Shown here: positions 1 to 12,700 of the stretch, piece after piece | Layout of the letters: each line of letters opens with the position of its first letter | Numbering within the stretch: the first letter of the stretch is position 1 | DNA from: Thalia democratica | Lineage: Eukaryota | Length of the DNA: 64,000 bases | Assembly (NCBI GenBank): GCA_965202585.1 | Contig: OZ241827.1 | Coordinates: 58,218,001-58,282,000, forward strand | Direction of reading: 5' to 3' | Notes under the pieces: model-generated | Seen by the model: only the letters and a program-made list of their open reading frames with translations | Told to the model about the DNA's origin: nothing | The model's database searches: none | Position numbers and translations under genes: made by a program

Positions 1-180
1 AAAAATATACGTTTTAGAACTTTTGAATAAAGAAATACTAAGTACATTCACATTTTAAGCTTAAAATTGCTAAACTCATATTGTAAACCCAAGTATGGCT
101 GTTAACATCATATGAAAACTTTAAAAGCATTTAACCATCCGTGGCTAGAGGTAGCAGTGTAAGTAAAAAAAAAAAAATTA

Positions 181-290
181 CCCGTGCAAAATTGTTTGCT
201 CGTACAATTTTATCTTCGTGCAATTTTATCCTCTCGTGCAAAAGTATCTTCGTGGAATTTTGTCCCCTCGTGCATATCCGATAGCTACCC
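181..290. repeat. Short degenerate tandem array (six CGTGCA-type units, 16-19 bp spacing) ending in GATAGCTACCC; possibly subterminal repeats of a DNA transposon end
   Basis: Units read directly: ccgtgcaaaa, tcgtacaatt, tcgtgcaatt, tcgtgcaaaa, tcgtggaatt, tcgtgcatat. No convincing partner TIR or TSD found. Confidence 0.55.
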
Positions 291-1582
291 GAAATATTTA
301 GCGTGCTTGTAACATCTATTGTGCTGCAAAAACAGTTAAACCTTGTGCACGCTCTGCAAACAGAAGCTAACGGAGCGTTTAATCGAAGTAAAATTTTTGC
401 TTGCCTCGACGATTATAAGATGCAAATAAATGAATAAAATTATTCGCTTTTTACTGCGGAATTTTGAAGGTATTTTAAATTAGAAATATGCTGTATCATG
501 CCATTTGTTTTTAAATTTGTTCAAACGTTTACTTTAAACTCGATAAAGCACACAATGAAAACTTATTTAAAGTTTGTCAAAAACAACTTGATGATTATAT
601 CTGATTATTTAAATACATACGTAAATTGGAAAGTTACTTTACTTAGTTCGTTTAGGACTTTGAACAAGCAAATAAATATAAACAGAGATAAATATTCTAT
701 GAAAACAAGTAATTTTTACAAATAACTATGGTCTTGCACCCTAATTTTAAACTTATAAATTTTTCTCTATATTTTTTGGTATCTACGTTTTCATTTGAAT
801 ACTGTTTTAATTAAGTTTAGTAGTTTCTTTACTAAAGACTTTGAAAACATTTAAAATTAAGTTGGTTTAAAAAGTTTGTAAATATTATTAAAATAGCATT
901 TACCAATAAAGAATCAAAAAAAGTTTATGATTAAAATAAGTTTGATCTAAAAAATGAACTTATTAATTATTATAAAAAATCTTTTTGACGTCTATCTCAA
1001 AGGGTTGTTCATTATTTTAAAAGTGTGTCAAAGGTTTGAGTTAAGTTTAGAATGAACAGTATAACAAGTATGTAAAATGAAAACATTATGCAAAAGTTTA
1101 ATGATTCTAAAATTAGCTGTAGTTATTTTTTTTTCAAATAGATTATAATAAAATATTTCTTAAAAATAAAGTAATCTACAATGATAGTTTCACAAGTAAA
1201 AAGCTTGTAAATAGAAAAATTAAGATTTAAGATAAATAATGAAAATATTATAAATATTTAAAACATTTTTAGAATTTGTCTGTTTAATAAAAAATGTAAA
1301 ATTACAGCTTTTAAGTTAAATAAAACTAAACTTAAAATATTGTAAGTGTTAGAAAAAAGTTAAAGCCTTAAGCTTGCTTATGAATAAGTATGATAGTGTC
1401 TATGATTCTAAATACTACGGAACAAAGTTTTTTAAATAAAGTTTAATAGTCATTAAGATGAATGAACACATTATAATTTAAATAATTATTAAAGTTAAAA
1501 AAATTAAGAGGAGCGATTTATAAATATAACTAAAAATAAAGTAATTAAATAAAGTTTAAAAAAATACAATGGTAATAAAAAT

Positions 1583-2139
1583 CTATAAGTTTTTTAAGGA
1601 AGGAATCTGGTGTGTCTCATACTTTTTGATGACGTCATAATAGCTCGGAAGGGGAATTTGTTTGCTTTTTCGCTCCATCGTGATGCTATACGGAGGAGAA
1701 TTTTTTGCTGTAAATTCAGCTTTTTCTTCTGTTAAAAACGGTAAAGAAAAACTTTTCAAATAGTTTAAATATCAAAAAATACACCCATACAAACTCAACA
1801 TAGAAAAAATAGAAAAAAGCTTGCTTATCAGTTTAAACTAAGTACATGCTGCTTTTTATTTTATTTTATATTTTGTTTTTTATTGGCATTTGTTAGATGG
1901 AAAAGTATATTTTTTAAACCATACTTAAAGATAATCTAATTTAAGTTTTACTAGCTGCCAAAGTCTAAGTTCACTAACGTTTTACAACATTTAAAAGCAC
2001 GATATTCAAAACAAGCTTACTTTCAAGCTTCCGTTTTACTATTTTCAACTGCAGCACAAGTACAACCGAAAACAAAACGAATATGAATGCAGCAACTGAA
2101 AATATTGCCGCTCTTTCGAAATCAACGTGGGATTCGTAC
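1583..2139 (-). CDS. Two exons of a single-pass membrane protein: TM helix plus cytoplasmic tail with PPY/LPSY motifs
   Basis: Exon 2021-2139 (tttcag acceptor, gtaagc donor) gives YESHVDFERAAIFSVAAFIFVLFSVVLVLQLKIVKRKLE: a hydrophobic ~20-mer followed by basic stop-transfer residues. Exon 1583-1728 (taacag acceptor, matching phase 1) gives KEKAEFTAKNSPPYSITMERKSKQIPLPSYYDVIKKYETHQIPSLKNL*. Confidence 0.75.
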
Positions 2140-3892
2140 CTGAAATTTGATTTGATAAAAAATATAATGAGTACCGTTTAAATAGTAATGTAGTAAGTTT
2201 ATACAAGTTTGATTTATATAACTTATTTTTTCAAATAGATTACTTAGTCATTAATAGTTATAGTAATGTTCTTAGAAATTTGTATAAACATAAAATTATT
2301 GTTTATGTTTATGCCTTTTTTTTAAATATAAGATTTTAAAGTTTAAGTAATGTAAGGCAACTACATAAAATGCATTTTTTTTCGTTTACAGTAGCTCGGG
2401 ATGATTTTTGTTTTTGATTTATCTTTGAAAAAAAAAAAAAAAACATGACATTCATGTTTTATAAAGCTTCGTAAAACTTTTAAATATTATCGATGTTACT
2501 TTTTAAGTCGTTCGTAAAGTTTATTTAAAACCTTTTTTTAACATAAAAAGAAAAAAAAAATTCAATAAATCTATTATCTTAGTACGTTTTTAAATTTTAT
2601 ATTTGTTCTAAAGTTGTTTAGGCAAGATGTATTTGGTAAAATATTAGTTTGAAACGAAATACTTTTACCTTTTTAAAGTTATTATTGAGTTTGTAAATAA
2701 AGTTACTAAATTATAAATTAATATAAATAAATGTTTGTTATTTGTCAAAATACTGATAAAAGTAGTGGAAATTAGATTACCATTAAAAACTCTTTTATAA
2801 TATTTTAGTTTAGCAAAAAATGGAAATAGTTATGTGTATCAAACAAATATAAAACTTAACAAACATGTTGTCAATATTTTCATTGCTGGCTAAAGTGGAA
2901 GTATTACTTTCCTGCCCCATTTTTTTTTTTAAAACTAAGTTTGTAAATTATAGTTTTTTAAAACAAAATATTGTTTTTTTAATAAAATAAGAAATATTAA
3001 TATTTTTGTCTTTGTACATGTGTGTCTGTGTAGCTGTTTTTTTTTCATAAAAACTAGTTTTATTCTTCTGTAGATTATAGATAATAAATTCAAAATTTTG
3101 TTTTTTATTAAAACTTTAAAAATAAATTAAATTCTATTTTAACTAAACTAAATTAATTTACAGATAAAAAAGGAAACATTTAAAACAAAACTAAGCTGTC
3201 ATGAAAAAAGTATTCAAACAACAAAAATATAAAGCTTAAAAGCCTATAAAATATTAATTGCATCTTTAGTTAATGTTAAATTATGAATAACTCTTTAAAA
3301 AAAGTACTTAAACAAGTTTTAATTTGAATGAAATACTTTGATTCCCTTAATGCACATATCCAACTAAAACTCTTCATGACTTTTTAAATATCATAGAAAT
3401 AAAACAACTTGAAACAAAATATTTTTCTGTTTAACGTGTTGTTTTTAAACCAAACGTCTATAAAGAGATTTCGTTTTATACTGATAGATTAAAAAGTTGT
3501 GGTTCACTGTTGTAATTTACTCTTTGATATTTCCTCTTTTTTTTTTTTTTGATGATAAAGCGTGCAGTATATTGCATGCTTTCTATTCATGAGAAAAAAA
3601 AGGAAACTCAAAACTGAAAATTACAAAAATGCGTTGTATCTTGTAAGGCGTTCAATTTTTTTTACGAACAATTGATAAACTCATTTGAAACTTTTATATC
3701 TAAATTGCAAAACCAAGTATATACATTTTTCTCTAACATTTAATCTATTGTATTTTCGTATAATTCTTTTAAATATAAAAACAACAAATAGTTCAAAGAA
3801 ATCAAATCTAAGACACTTTTGCGAACAGTTTTCTACCATACAAAGTTATTGTCTTGCAGAAACAATTAAACTTTATTTTTATTATAAACTAC

Positions 3893-3975
3893 CAGGGTAT
3901 CTATCTTCGGCTATCTTGAGCAGAATCGAGGTGTAACAGAGGTGTAATAAGCATTAGTATGTACTGCGTAACCAT
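3893..3975 (-). CDS. Putative first exon of the TM gene (signal-peptide-like) interrupted by an in-frame TAG at 3901-3903
   Basis: ATG at 3975 reads MVTQYILMLITPLLHLDSAQDSRR*IP(W). The GT donor at 3891-3892 is phase 2, exactly what the TM exon needs. Confidence 0.35.
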
Positions 3976-4413
3976 GAACTCGCTTGTTTATTGAACCGTT
4001 GGATTGTTGTTGGTGGTGGTGTGGTAATACACATGTTGAAAATAACACTTTACTAAGTTGTGTTTTTCTTTTCTATCGTTTCGTAAATTTAATAGTCGTT
4101 TTTTGTATCTTTTAAGGAAAATAAATGTTTTACAATTACATCAACTAAAAAGTTTTTAAAGATATTCTTATTAGCAAAACTGACAGTGTAAAACAATTAA
4201 GTTCATTCAATCTAAAGTTCAACTGAGCGTAGATTTATGCATTGAACACGGCAGTTGAAAAGTTTCAAAGCTAAATACATTGTTTTTATAGAGAAGTAAT
4301 TACTTAAAAAAAGTTTTACCTTTTTTAGACTTGAATACTAGCATATAAACTTCTCTAATAATGATTTGTCTTTTAAAGTTTGGCTTAATGTTAAATGTGT
4401 TTTTTTTTCATAG

Positions 4414-5059
4414 TCGTTGAGTAAAAACTTCAGACGTGGTAAAGATAAAAAGTGTTTTAAACTAACTAAAATTTATTGTTTTAACAGTACCTCTAGAGCT
4501 TAACAGTACCAAATTATTTTATTTACTTATTTCAAACTGTTTTTTATGGGAAAATATACTTATTACCTACTATAAAAAAATAAATATCTAAGATAGAACA
4601 CTAAAAAAAATACTATACGGATGTACAAGTAAAATTCAAACTAAGCAAGCACTGCAAATTCGTTTCTATGCAGATAGTTTTACGGTTTTTCAGTTTTTCT
4701 TTGTAATGCTTTGCTTTCAAGTATTTTGCAGTAATAAAATTTTAAGAACTTTAGTATCACAAAAAAAGTTTTTACCAAAGCTAAAAAGTAAAAAAAAAAG
4801 TTTTTTAATAAGATTATTTTGGTTTAAACTAGTAAATTCAGCTTAAAAAAAAAACTAATTTAAATAATATTAATAAGTAGCTATTTGAAGTAGCTTGAAG
4901 TTTATAAGTTAATTGGACTTTGACAAAGGATTAAAAAAAAAATATTTTGTTTTGAGTATAACAAAAATTCTGTTTTCAGTTGCAAAGTTAAATGAACTGG
5001 AGAAGTCGGTTGTTGAGGAGCAACAGAAAAAATTTAAAAAAACTTTATGGTGTTTTTGA
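4414..5059 (+). CDS. Possible last two exons of an unidentified small plus-strand gene
   Basis: 4414-4438 (tttcatag acceptor, gtaaag donor) and 4980-5059 (ctgttttcag acceptor) join in phase to give SLSKNFRRVAKLNELEKSVVEEQQKKFKKTLWCF*, with AATAAA shortly after. No start exon found. Confidence 0.25.
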
Positions 5060-5190
5060 CGACTCACAATAATAAATAAAAGATCATTTTTATATACTAT
5101 TTGGTCTAATTTGAAAGAAATTTTAATATCTTTGACTACTATTTTTAATTACTAAAAAAAAAATTAATACTTTTTGTTAGTTTTACTTAC

Positions 5191-5324
5191 ATTCAGTTTT
5201 GGTGATTAGATATCAAGCTTTTATTACAAATTTAATTTTAATGAAAACTTTTAAACAAAATTCAGTTTTGGTGATTAGATATCAAGCTTTTATTACAAAT
5301 TTAATTTTAATGAAAACTTTTAAA
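5191..5324. repeat. Perfect direct tandem duplication, 65 bp identical, 69-bp period
   Basis: attcagttttggtgattagatatcaagc...gaaaacttttaaa at 5191-5255 and 5260-5324. Confidence 0.9.
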
Positions 5325-6589
5325 TTAAAATAAAAGAAGATAAACTATTTTACATTACTTTATATATTTAAAGTAAAATGTTAACGAAAATATAACTTCT
5401 TATAAAACTTTTATTTTGGCAAAACTTAATTTTTTCTTACGATTTTACTAAACCAACGATCGTTCCTTTTCTAATTCTAAAACTAAAATTAAACTGATTT
5501 TATACAATTTTATTCTAAAAACTTATACAGAAATTGTTTAGATACTTTAAAGTTATAAACTTTGTTATAGTAAATTATCAATTTAAAATATATTAAACTA
5601 ATTAATACAAACTAAAGCTTAGTTTGAGCTTTGAATGTATAAAACACGTTCATTCATTTGAAAGTTAAAGAATAATTTGTTAAATGTTCAAACTACGATG
5701 TTTTAGTGTTATACATACATGAGACACTATACACAAAAACTAAGCATATTTCAATATTGTACATTCAAAATTGTGTAGAAGCTTTAATCTTTGATAAAAT
5801 TTAAACAAATAAAACCTGTTATAAAATTTTTACTTATCTTATATGGAGGCTACCTGTGTCTTTATAGAAAACCTACCCTTACGTAGGAAAAACCTGATTA
5901 TAGTGTTTCTTTACTTAATGTTTTTTTTGGTGTTTATACTTAATTGATTTTTATCATAATAAGTATTTTGATTATATACTTTTTTAGCAAACTTTGTATG
6001 TAATTAAGAATTGTTTATTTTGATTAGATTCAAAATACAAGTTGAAATTTACTCATTCATACTTTGTAATTAATGACGAAAATAAGGTGGAATATATTTG
6101 ATTTAATATTTTGAGTGTCTTTTATACACTGTTTTAAGAGACAACTGGACTTAAAATCTTTGCATTGTTATTGTACTTTATCAATATGCTAAACTTAAAA
6201 ACTTAATAGTAGTGAAAACTAGGAGCTGAATTTTTTTTTAGATTATGAGTTGTTACTGTGTTTTGATTAATGTTTCTTTTTATTTCTACAATACTATACG
6301 AAATTGAACCAGGATTTAAAAAAGTATTTGATTTGTTTATTTATAGTCGTTCATAGTAGTATTATCATTAAAAAATTTTACAATTAATTTCTCGAAAACT
6401 TATATAAAACTTTCTAAAACTTAACCTATTTCAAAATTAATCTAAACAATTAAGATTGTCATGAAAAATATATGCCTTATAAGATTTGCTTAATATAGCA
6501 CTGAAGGTTATAAACTTCAGTTTTGAATTAGTGTTTTTATAACTAATTATGATTCAAAATTTTTGAAGTTGCTTCATAAAACAATATTA

Positions 6590-6595
6590 TTTATT
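6590..6595 (-). terminator. Candidate polyadenylation signal (AATAAA) of the fibrocystin-L gene
   Basis: About 185 nt after the TGA at 6778-6780. AATAAA is common in AT-rich DNA, so this is weak evidence alone. Confidence 0.35.
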
Positions 6596-6777
6596 TTGCA
6601 AAACATTCAGACTCAAAAATAAAGATCGCATATAAATTAAAATGAATTTCAAGCGACTTTTAAAATGTTTTTCATTAAAGCAGCTACAAATTAAATAAGT
6701 TGATTTTATGAAAGTGTTTAAGTTACTTATATAAAAAAGAAAAAAATCATAAAAGCACACAAAATTTGTCACAACAC

Positions 6778-9700
6778 TCAAGGGATGAGGCTTAGGAAGC
6801 AGGAAGGGTTGGAGTAGGGGATTGTTTGTCCCAGGTAGGTGAAACTTTGAGAGGCCATTTGGTGAATTAGGTAGGCCTGGCACAGGGACGCCGAAGCTTC
6901 GTCGGTTGACGCGACGACGAACTCGATTTCAGTTTGAGAACCTGTAAGCAACTTGTTGGTTAACTTTTTAATGGTGATTCAGTATAAAAAAATGCTTTGA
7001 GGTTTGTAGTTTAGAAATCAAAAAACGCAAAATGTTATCTTTTGAGAATATTATACCATACAGAATAAAAATAACTTTTCACTTTTATTTAACACAAGCT
7101 TTTAATAAAAACCTATTTGAAATTAAATAATAAAACGTACCGGATGTGGTGGCAGTGACGCTGTCAACTTGAGAATTTTCAGAAATTTCCGGGGACATCA
7201 TACCGACGACGAAGTTATTGTACGAGGACGCCAATATTTCTTCTTCTTGACTGCTGTCTACCGACCTCCTGTGACGGCTTCTGCCCGTTCTCAAGTTTGT
7301 TCTGTGTTGTTTGGGCTAATGTTAATTAATGTTTAGAGCTATCTGTTGTATTTATAGCTGCCTGTTTTTAACCGCATGCGAATATATAAGTAGAAGTTTA
7401 CTTAAAACTTAATTATAATTTAAAGGTTAATAATTGTTGCGCTTTTTATAATAGAAAAAAAGTTATTACTATTTTTACCTGTAAGTTCTTTTGACTGCAG
7501 TGGTTTCATTTACGTTGTTTTCTGCAGACATCACCTGAATTGTTTTCATTGATTATGTTTATAAACTATTTAAAACAGGTGAGAAGTTTTTCAATCTGCA
7601 TTTTCTTAAAAAAATAGTTAGGTTATTTTTTTTTACTTTGTGAATATACTGAGGCAAAGAAAAAGTTTACTTTTGAATCCTAGAAATAAAATCATTTAAT
7701 CTTGTTATATTTCAACAACAGCCTAAAACAATACTCACTTAGATAATAAAATAAATACTAAGTGATTATAAAACATTTTTATACAAAAGAAACAAACTTT
7801 AAAAGTTGGGGGGTAAATGACCATGGACGGGTAGATGTTGGGTTCGGTTGCTATGGTAACCTTGAAGTTGTACCTGAAACCCTCCTTGGTGTCCGCCACC
7901 CTCATACCCGTGGTAACCGTAGTAGCCATGGTGAAATTATACGAGTCCCCGTCGAGTATCGCCTCTCCGGAATTCCCCGGATCTGCAAACTCAACTTTCA
8001 CCGACCAACCGTTGCCCTGGTGATTGTTGTTCGGTAAAGTATTATTTGGTTGAATGTTTTTTATTCCAAGGTTGATTTATTTTTAAAATATGGTTTATTG
8101 AATATTACAAAGTTATTTGTTAAATTTTCCAGTTATAGTAAATACTTGGTTAAATATTTATTTATTTTAATTAGTTTTTGTATTAAATATTAGAAAGTTT
8201 CCATTTTTTTATCAACTAAGGTGTGTATAAATTAAAGGATGAACAGAAATAAAAACGTGCTTTTCTACAACTTTGCTTTTATTTGTTTAAGCGTAAAGTT
8301 CTAAAAGACGATTTTTTGTTGTCAACAAACACTTACTATAGTTAGAAAAAGCTTTTATTTTAAAATAAAAATCAAAAACGATAACCTTGTAGCCCATATT
8401 AGCGAGTTCTTGACCTTCCGCGTCGACAAGCAGCAGTTCCAGTGTTACATTCGCGTCTTTTCCTATCAAGCTGCTGTTTTTCAAACTGTCTTCGTTGCTC
8501 AGTATTGCTCTGACTGTTCTTTCAATCACTGTTATTGGCAAATCGACTTCGCCGAGGTTTATAGTCGTTGGCTCAATTATCTTCAAATTAAGTATATCAT
8601 TTTTTTAGTATAGCATGTAAATTTAGAGACTTTTAGTAAAACATATTTTCTTCATACTACCAACGCAGTATTAGGTTTTTTACTTTATTTATTAAAAACA
8701 ATTTGCAAAATTAAAAAATATTAAGGTTAATAAAAAACTAAATCAACTGTTTTTCAAAGTAATTGAAACTTTTTTCATCTGAAATTTTTCAAACTAACAT
8801 TAAACTTCAACGTGTGGTTTCCTGGGTGTGATATCGCTAGTTGCTTGAAGTCTGCGTATCCCTGATAAAACATATTTAAACTACACGATTGTCAACTTGT
8901 TTCAAAAATATTAAGTTGCTTTTTAGTTAAAAAATTTTTAGTTACTTATGAATAACTCTTAACTTTTTGGAGTTTTACTTAAATAATGCCTTATGTCTTT
9001 TAGATATACATTCAAAAGAGTATCAAAAAAATTAATAAACTATCACAGCGTTTTTGTTCAAAAAAAGATTTTTTATCTTGTAGCTGGTTGCTGTAGTATG
9101 TTGCCAACATATCGTACCTAAATAACTTTTTCAGCAAACACTCACATTTTCGAAAATGACGGTTGTGGGTCCGACCAGTGACGCTGGTACCCCTGTTTCA
9201 GGTTCAAGCGACATCTCAGCTTTCCACGTTCCGCCCAACCTAGTAATTTCTGAGTCCTGTAAAAATTTAGATCACCAAATATTGTTATACAAAGATTACA
9301 TTATGAAAAATTGTTCAAAAGTGGTGTTACTTTGTGATTTAAATCTTTTTTTAGAAAGCGTTTATTGGGCTTATTCAATATGGACCTTATAAAAAAACTT
9401 AAGTGTATACTATTAGTTGAGTGTGAAACAAAGAGAAATAAATACAGCATTTTTCTCCACAAACCTCATTATCGAATATGGAAACTCTCGACAGGAAGTT
9501 GTTGTTCAGCTCCTCAATGGTCTCCTTCATGTTTTCCACCTGCTGCTTTGCCGGCATCAGAATTTTCGTCTGCACTTCCACGACGTCGCTCGCTGCAATT
9601 TGTTATTTCAAACCCTGCTTAATCTTTAACTCATGATTTTCAACTAACAGTTTACAGTTTAACACGGTAGTTGACTATTTGAAAGGCTAGTTCAATCATT

Positions 9701-12700
9701 TTAAACACTATTGTCAATAACTGTTTAAATAAAGTTATATCATTAAAATTCATGATTAATTTGGTTGTTTTAGTTACAAACACTTCCAATTGTTTTTAAT
9801 ATTGTTATAGGTAACTGTTTTAGTCAATTTTTTCATTTAAAATTTATGACTAATTTATTAATCACAGTAACTATTTGTATAAAAAACAAACCATTGGCAG
9901 GAGGAAGGACATCAGCGGTGGACTTTGTTGCTTCTAACTGCAATGAGGACACGTTGAGGGCGTTTGCCAGTTCTCCCGTCTGAAAGTCCTGGATCAGCTG
10001 TGGACAAATTTAATGTACATAAAAGTGTTGAAGTTGTGCAAAGGTTACAAAGTACTACAATGTGAAACACATAAAAATGACTTAGTAGTTTACTTTGTCA
10101 ACTATAAAATGTTGTTATTTAATGAAGGATCTATACATCATTTAAATGTGTAATATAAACAAATAATAGCTTCAAAAATGCTACCGTTTAGAAGTCCTCA
10201 ATCAGCTGTAATTGCACAAATTAAGTTTGACGTATCGTTCATGAAAGTGCAAAGTTATATTATTAATAGGTGACCAACTACTGCAAATAAGCAATAGACA
10301 AAATTGGTTTGGTAAACTAACTTGGCATATTGAAAAAAAAATGAAGAATCTATACACCAATAATGTGTTGTATATAAACAGATAACAGCTTTGAAATGCT
10401 ACCTGGCTTGTTTTATTATTAAGTTCTTCTGCGATGGACATTCTGTGTTCTTTCGACGAGTTAGTGGTTACATCGCCGGGACTTTTTATAATAGATTCGT
10501 CCAAAGTAAATGAAAACTCAACTGTGCCATTTGTTGACCTTGAAACAATTGTATTTATTTTTTGTTTAACTAATTTAAGAAAAAAGTTTAACGGTATTAC
10601 ATTACACGTAAAACTTTTTATTGTAAGTATGATATAATAGTAGAATGTATAACTTAAAGTATAAAGAAAAGTAGTAAGTTTTCTAATATTTTATTAGGAA
10701 AAATTATATTGTCTTAAAACTAAACTTGCAAACTTTTTATTAAAAAAAAACAATGTAAGTACCAGGGGCGTCGCGTGGGGTGTTGCACTGCCGCAACTGC
10801 ACCACCTTGAAATTTTGTAAGAAAAAAATAAGTATCTGTAACGATTTCGTTATTTTTAGAACGAAATCTCTTTTAAAACTCCAATTTTGAAAACGACCAT
10901 TTTGCCCACTTCACTGCCGCAAACTCTTAGCTGACTGCCGCAAATGAACTCAAAAAAGCAAAATTTCTTCAAGAATTACCGCAAAATCAATATCTTGCGG
11001 TAAGTAAACTAAGTTGAAAATTCCCTAAATCAGGACATGCATAAGTATCATCTACAAGCTATTGTAAACATATAATAAAAACAAAGCTAAGCTACTGCAA
11101 AGGATTAAACTTGAGTTTATGTACCCACATGATTTTTTTAAATTTAACAGATCACTTCTATTAAAACTGGACAATAAAAGAACAAAACTTGTCATAAATT
11201 AAATATTTTGAAAAAAAAAGATAAAAACCTTAAATCATCTTAGTCTAAGAAATTTGATTTTTTATTTTAATCTGCATACATAAACTTAACTATAATTGAT
11301 CATTGTTATCATAAATTTAATAAAATATTTAATTAAATTATATTTAAATGTAAACTTTAAGTTCTGAAAAAAAAAATTAAGAAAATTATAATAAACTTCT
11401 AGTTCACTCTTACAGAAAAATAATCTAGATTTATATTAAATGGAATTTAGTATTATTGAAACAGTCACATATTTAAAAAAAGTAATTAGCCTTAACTTAG
11501 AAACTTTGATTACTTAGAGTAGTTTAACATTTTATGAAAATTTATTAAATTTTATATGACTTTTGGTTTAAGTTTTTCATAAACAAAACAAAAATTTTAG
11601 ATAAAATTGTTGAAATATGGTTGCCTTGCCTCATAATCAGGATAACATAGAAATGTTAAAAACTCAAGATGACCCAAAATAAATTAAAACAGACCAAATT
11701 ATAAAAATATTCAGGCTGACTAAAGCAGTATTAGTTTTTTACTCTGAAAATAACAAGCTTATTTATAATTAAAAAACAAGTGTTTTACCCCTATGGCCAC
11801 ATGAAAACTAACTAACCAATTTTTTACTGCTATAATGGTTACATATTTATTAATAATCTTTTAAATTCTTGAAAAGTTTAACAGCCTCACCAACTAAACT
11901 TTAAAAAGTTGAGCTCCTGAGAAAAATACTGTCATCAAAATGAAAAACATATTAAAATTAAATAAAGAAAAGATACCTACAAAAAACATATTAAAAAACT
12001 AAACCTCCAACAATCTTAATCTTAATAAAAATCTTAATGTTTGTAAAAAAAATTGTGCAAAATAGTGAGGGTAAGAGGGGGGGGGGGTATAAGCATTTTT
12101 TTACATGTTGTTCTTATTTTAACTTTTTCAGAAAGCTAATAGTTACTCTTTAATAAACTTGAAATTTCCAATTAAACTTTTAGTTACAAGTGGTCAAAGC
12201 CAGAGAGTACAATAATTTATTATACAAGGAGCAAACCAAAACAGCAAAAAAATACAATTTTACTTAAAACCTATATTCTCCATCATTCTTAAAGCAATTT
12301 TTATCAAACTTTTTCATCCAAAGTTTTATAAAATTTTATACTTTTGTTGAAGAGAAGTTTTAAATTTTTAAGTATCAATATATTTTTATATATACAAAAA
12401 AAAATTACTTTTGTTATAACATTTTTTTTCTCAAGTGTTTTAAATATCTATTTTAGCAAACTGTTTTGTTTTATAAAAGAAACATCTAAAGACTTTGAGT
12501 CCAACTTATATAAAATTTCTAAAATTTTTTTACTAAGTAATGTAAGTTGTTCTCTTGCAGTTTGTAATAATAATTTGCGAAATAAACTTGCAGTTTGTAT
12601 ATAACATTTTTTTTTGTTTTTAGACTTTTTAATTTCCTTGCCAAGTCTAATAAGACATTTATTATTTTGTTAAGTTAATTATTAATAAAATAACCATTCT

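Noticed and set aside
295-480. Moderately GC-rich patch as an exon or promoter of a further gene
   Set aside because: No convincing ORF or paired splice sites; cannot be supported without flanking sequence.
1629-1638. Perfect CRE palindrome ATGACGTCAT as a regulatory site
   Set aside because: It lies inside the coding tail exon (YDVI codons); TGACGTCA-like words also recur in other exons.
3901-3903. Genome-wide TAG reassignment (non-standard genetic code)
   Set aside because: There is no in-frame stop in about 4,385 fibrocystin codons or in the ZP gene, and the TM gene itself ends on TAG at 1583-1585.
6587-6883. 98-aa minus-strand ORF (MPGLPNSPNG...) as the real C-terminus or a separate gene
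   Set aside because: It is an alternative frame over the last exon and 3' UTR; the upstream exon phase fixes the other frame, which stops at 6778.
12344-12604. ORF-like segments inside the 2.4-kb hAT element as a transposase or captured gene
   Set aside because: Low-complexity AT-rich translation with no transposase or other motif I can recognise on either strand.
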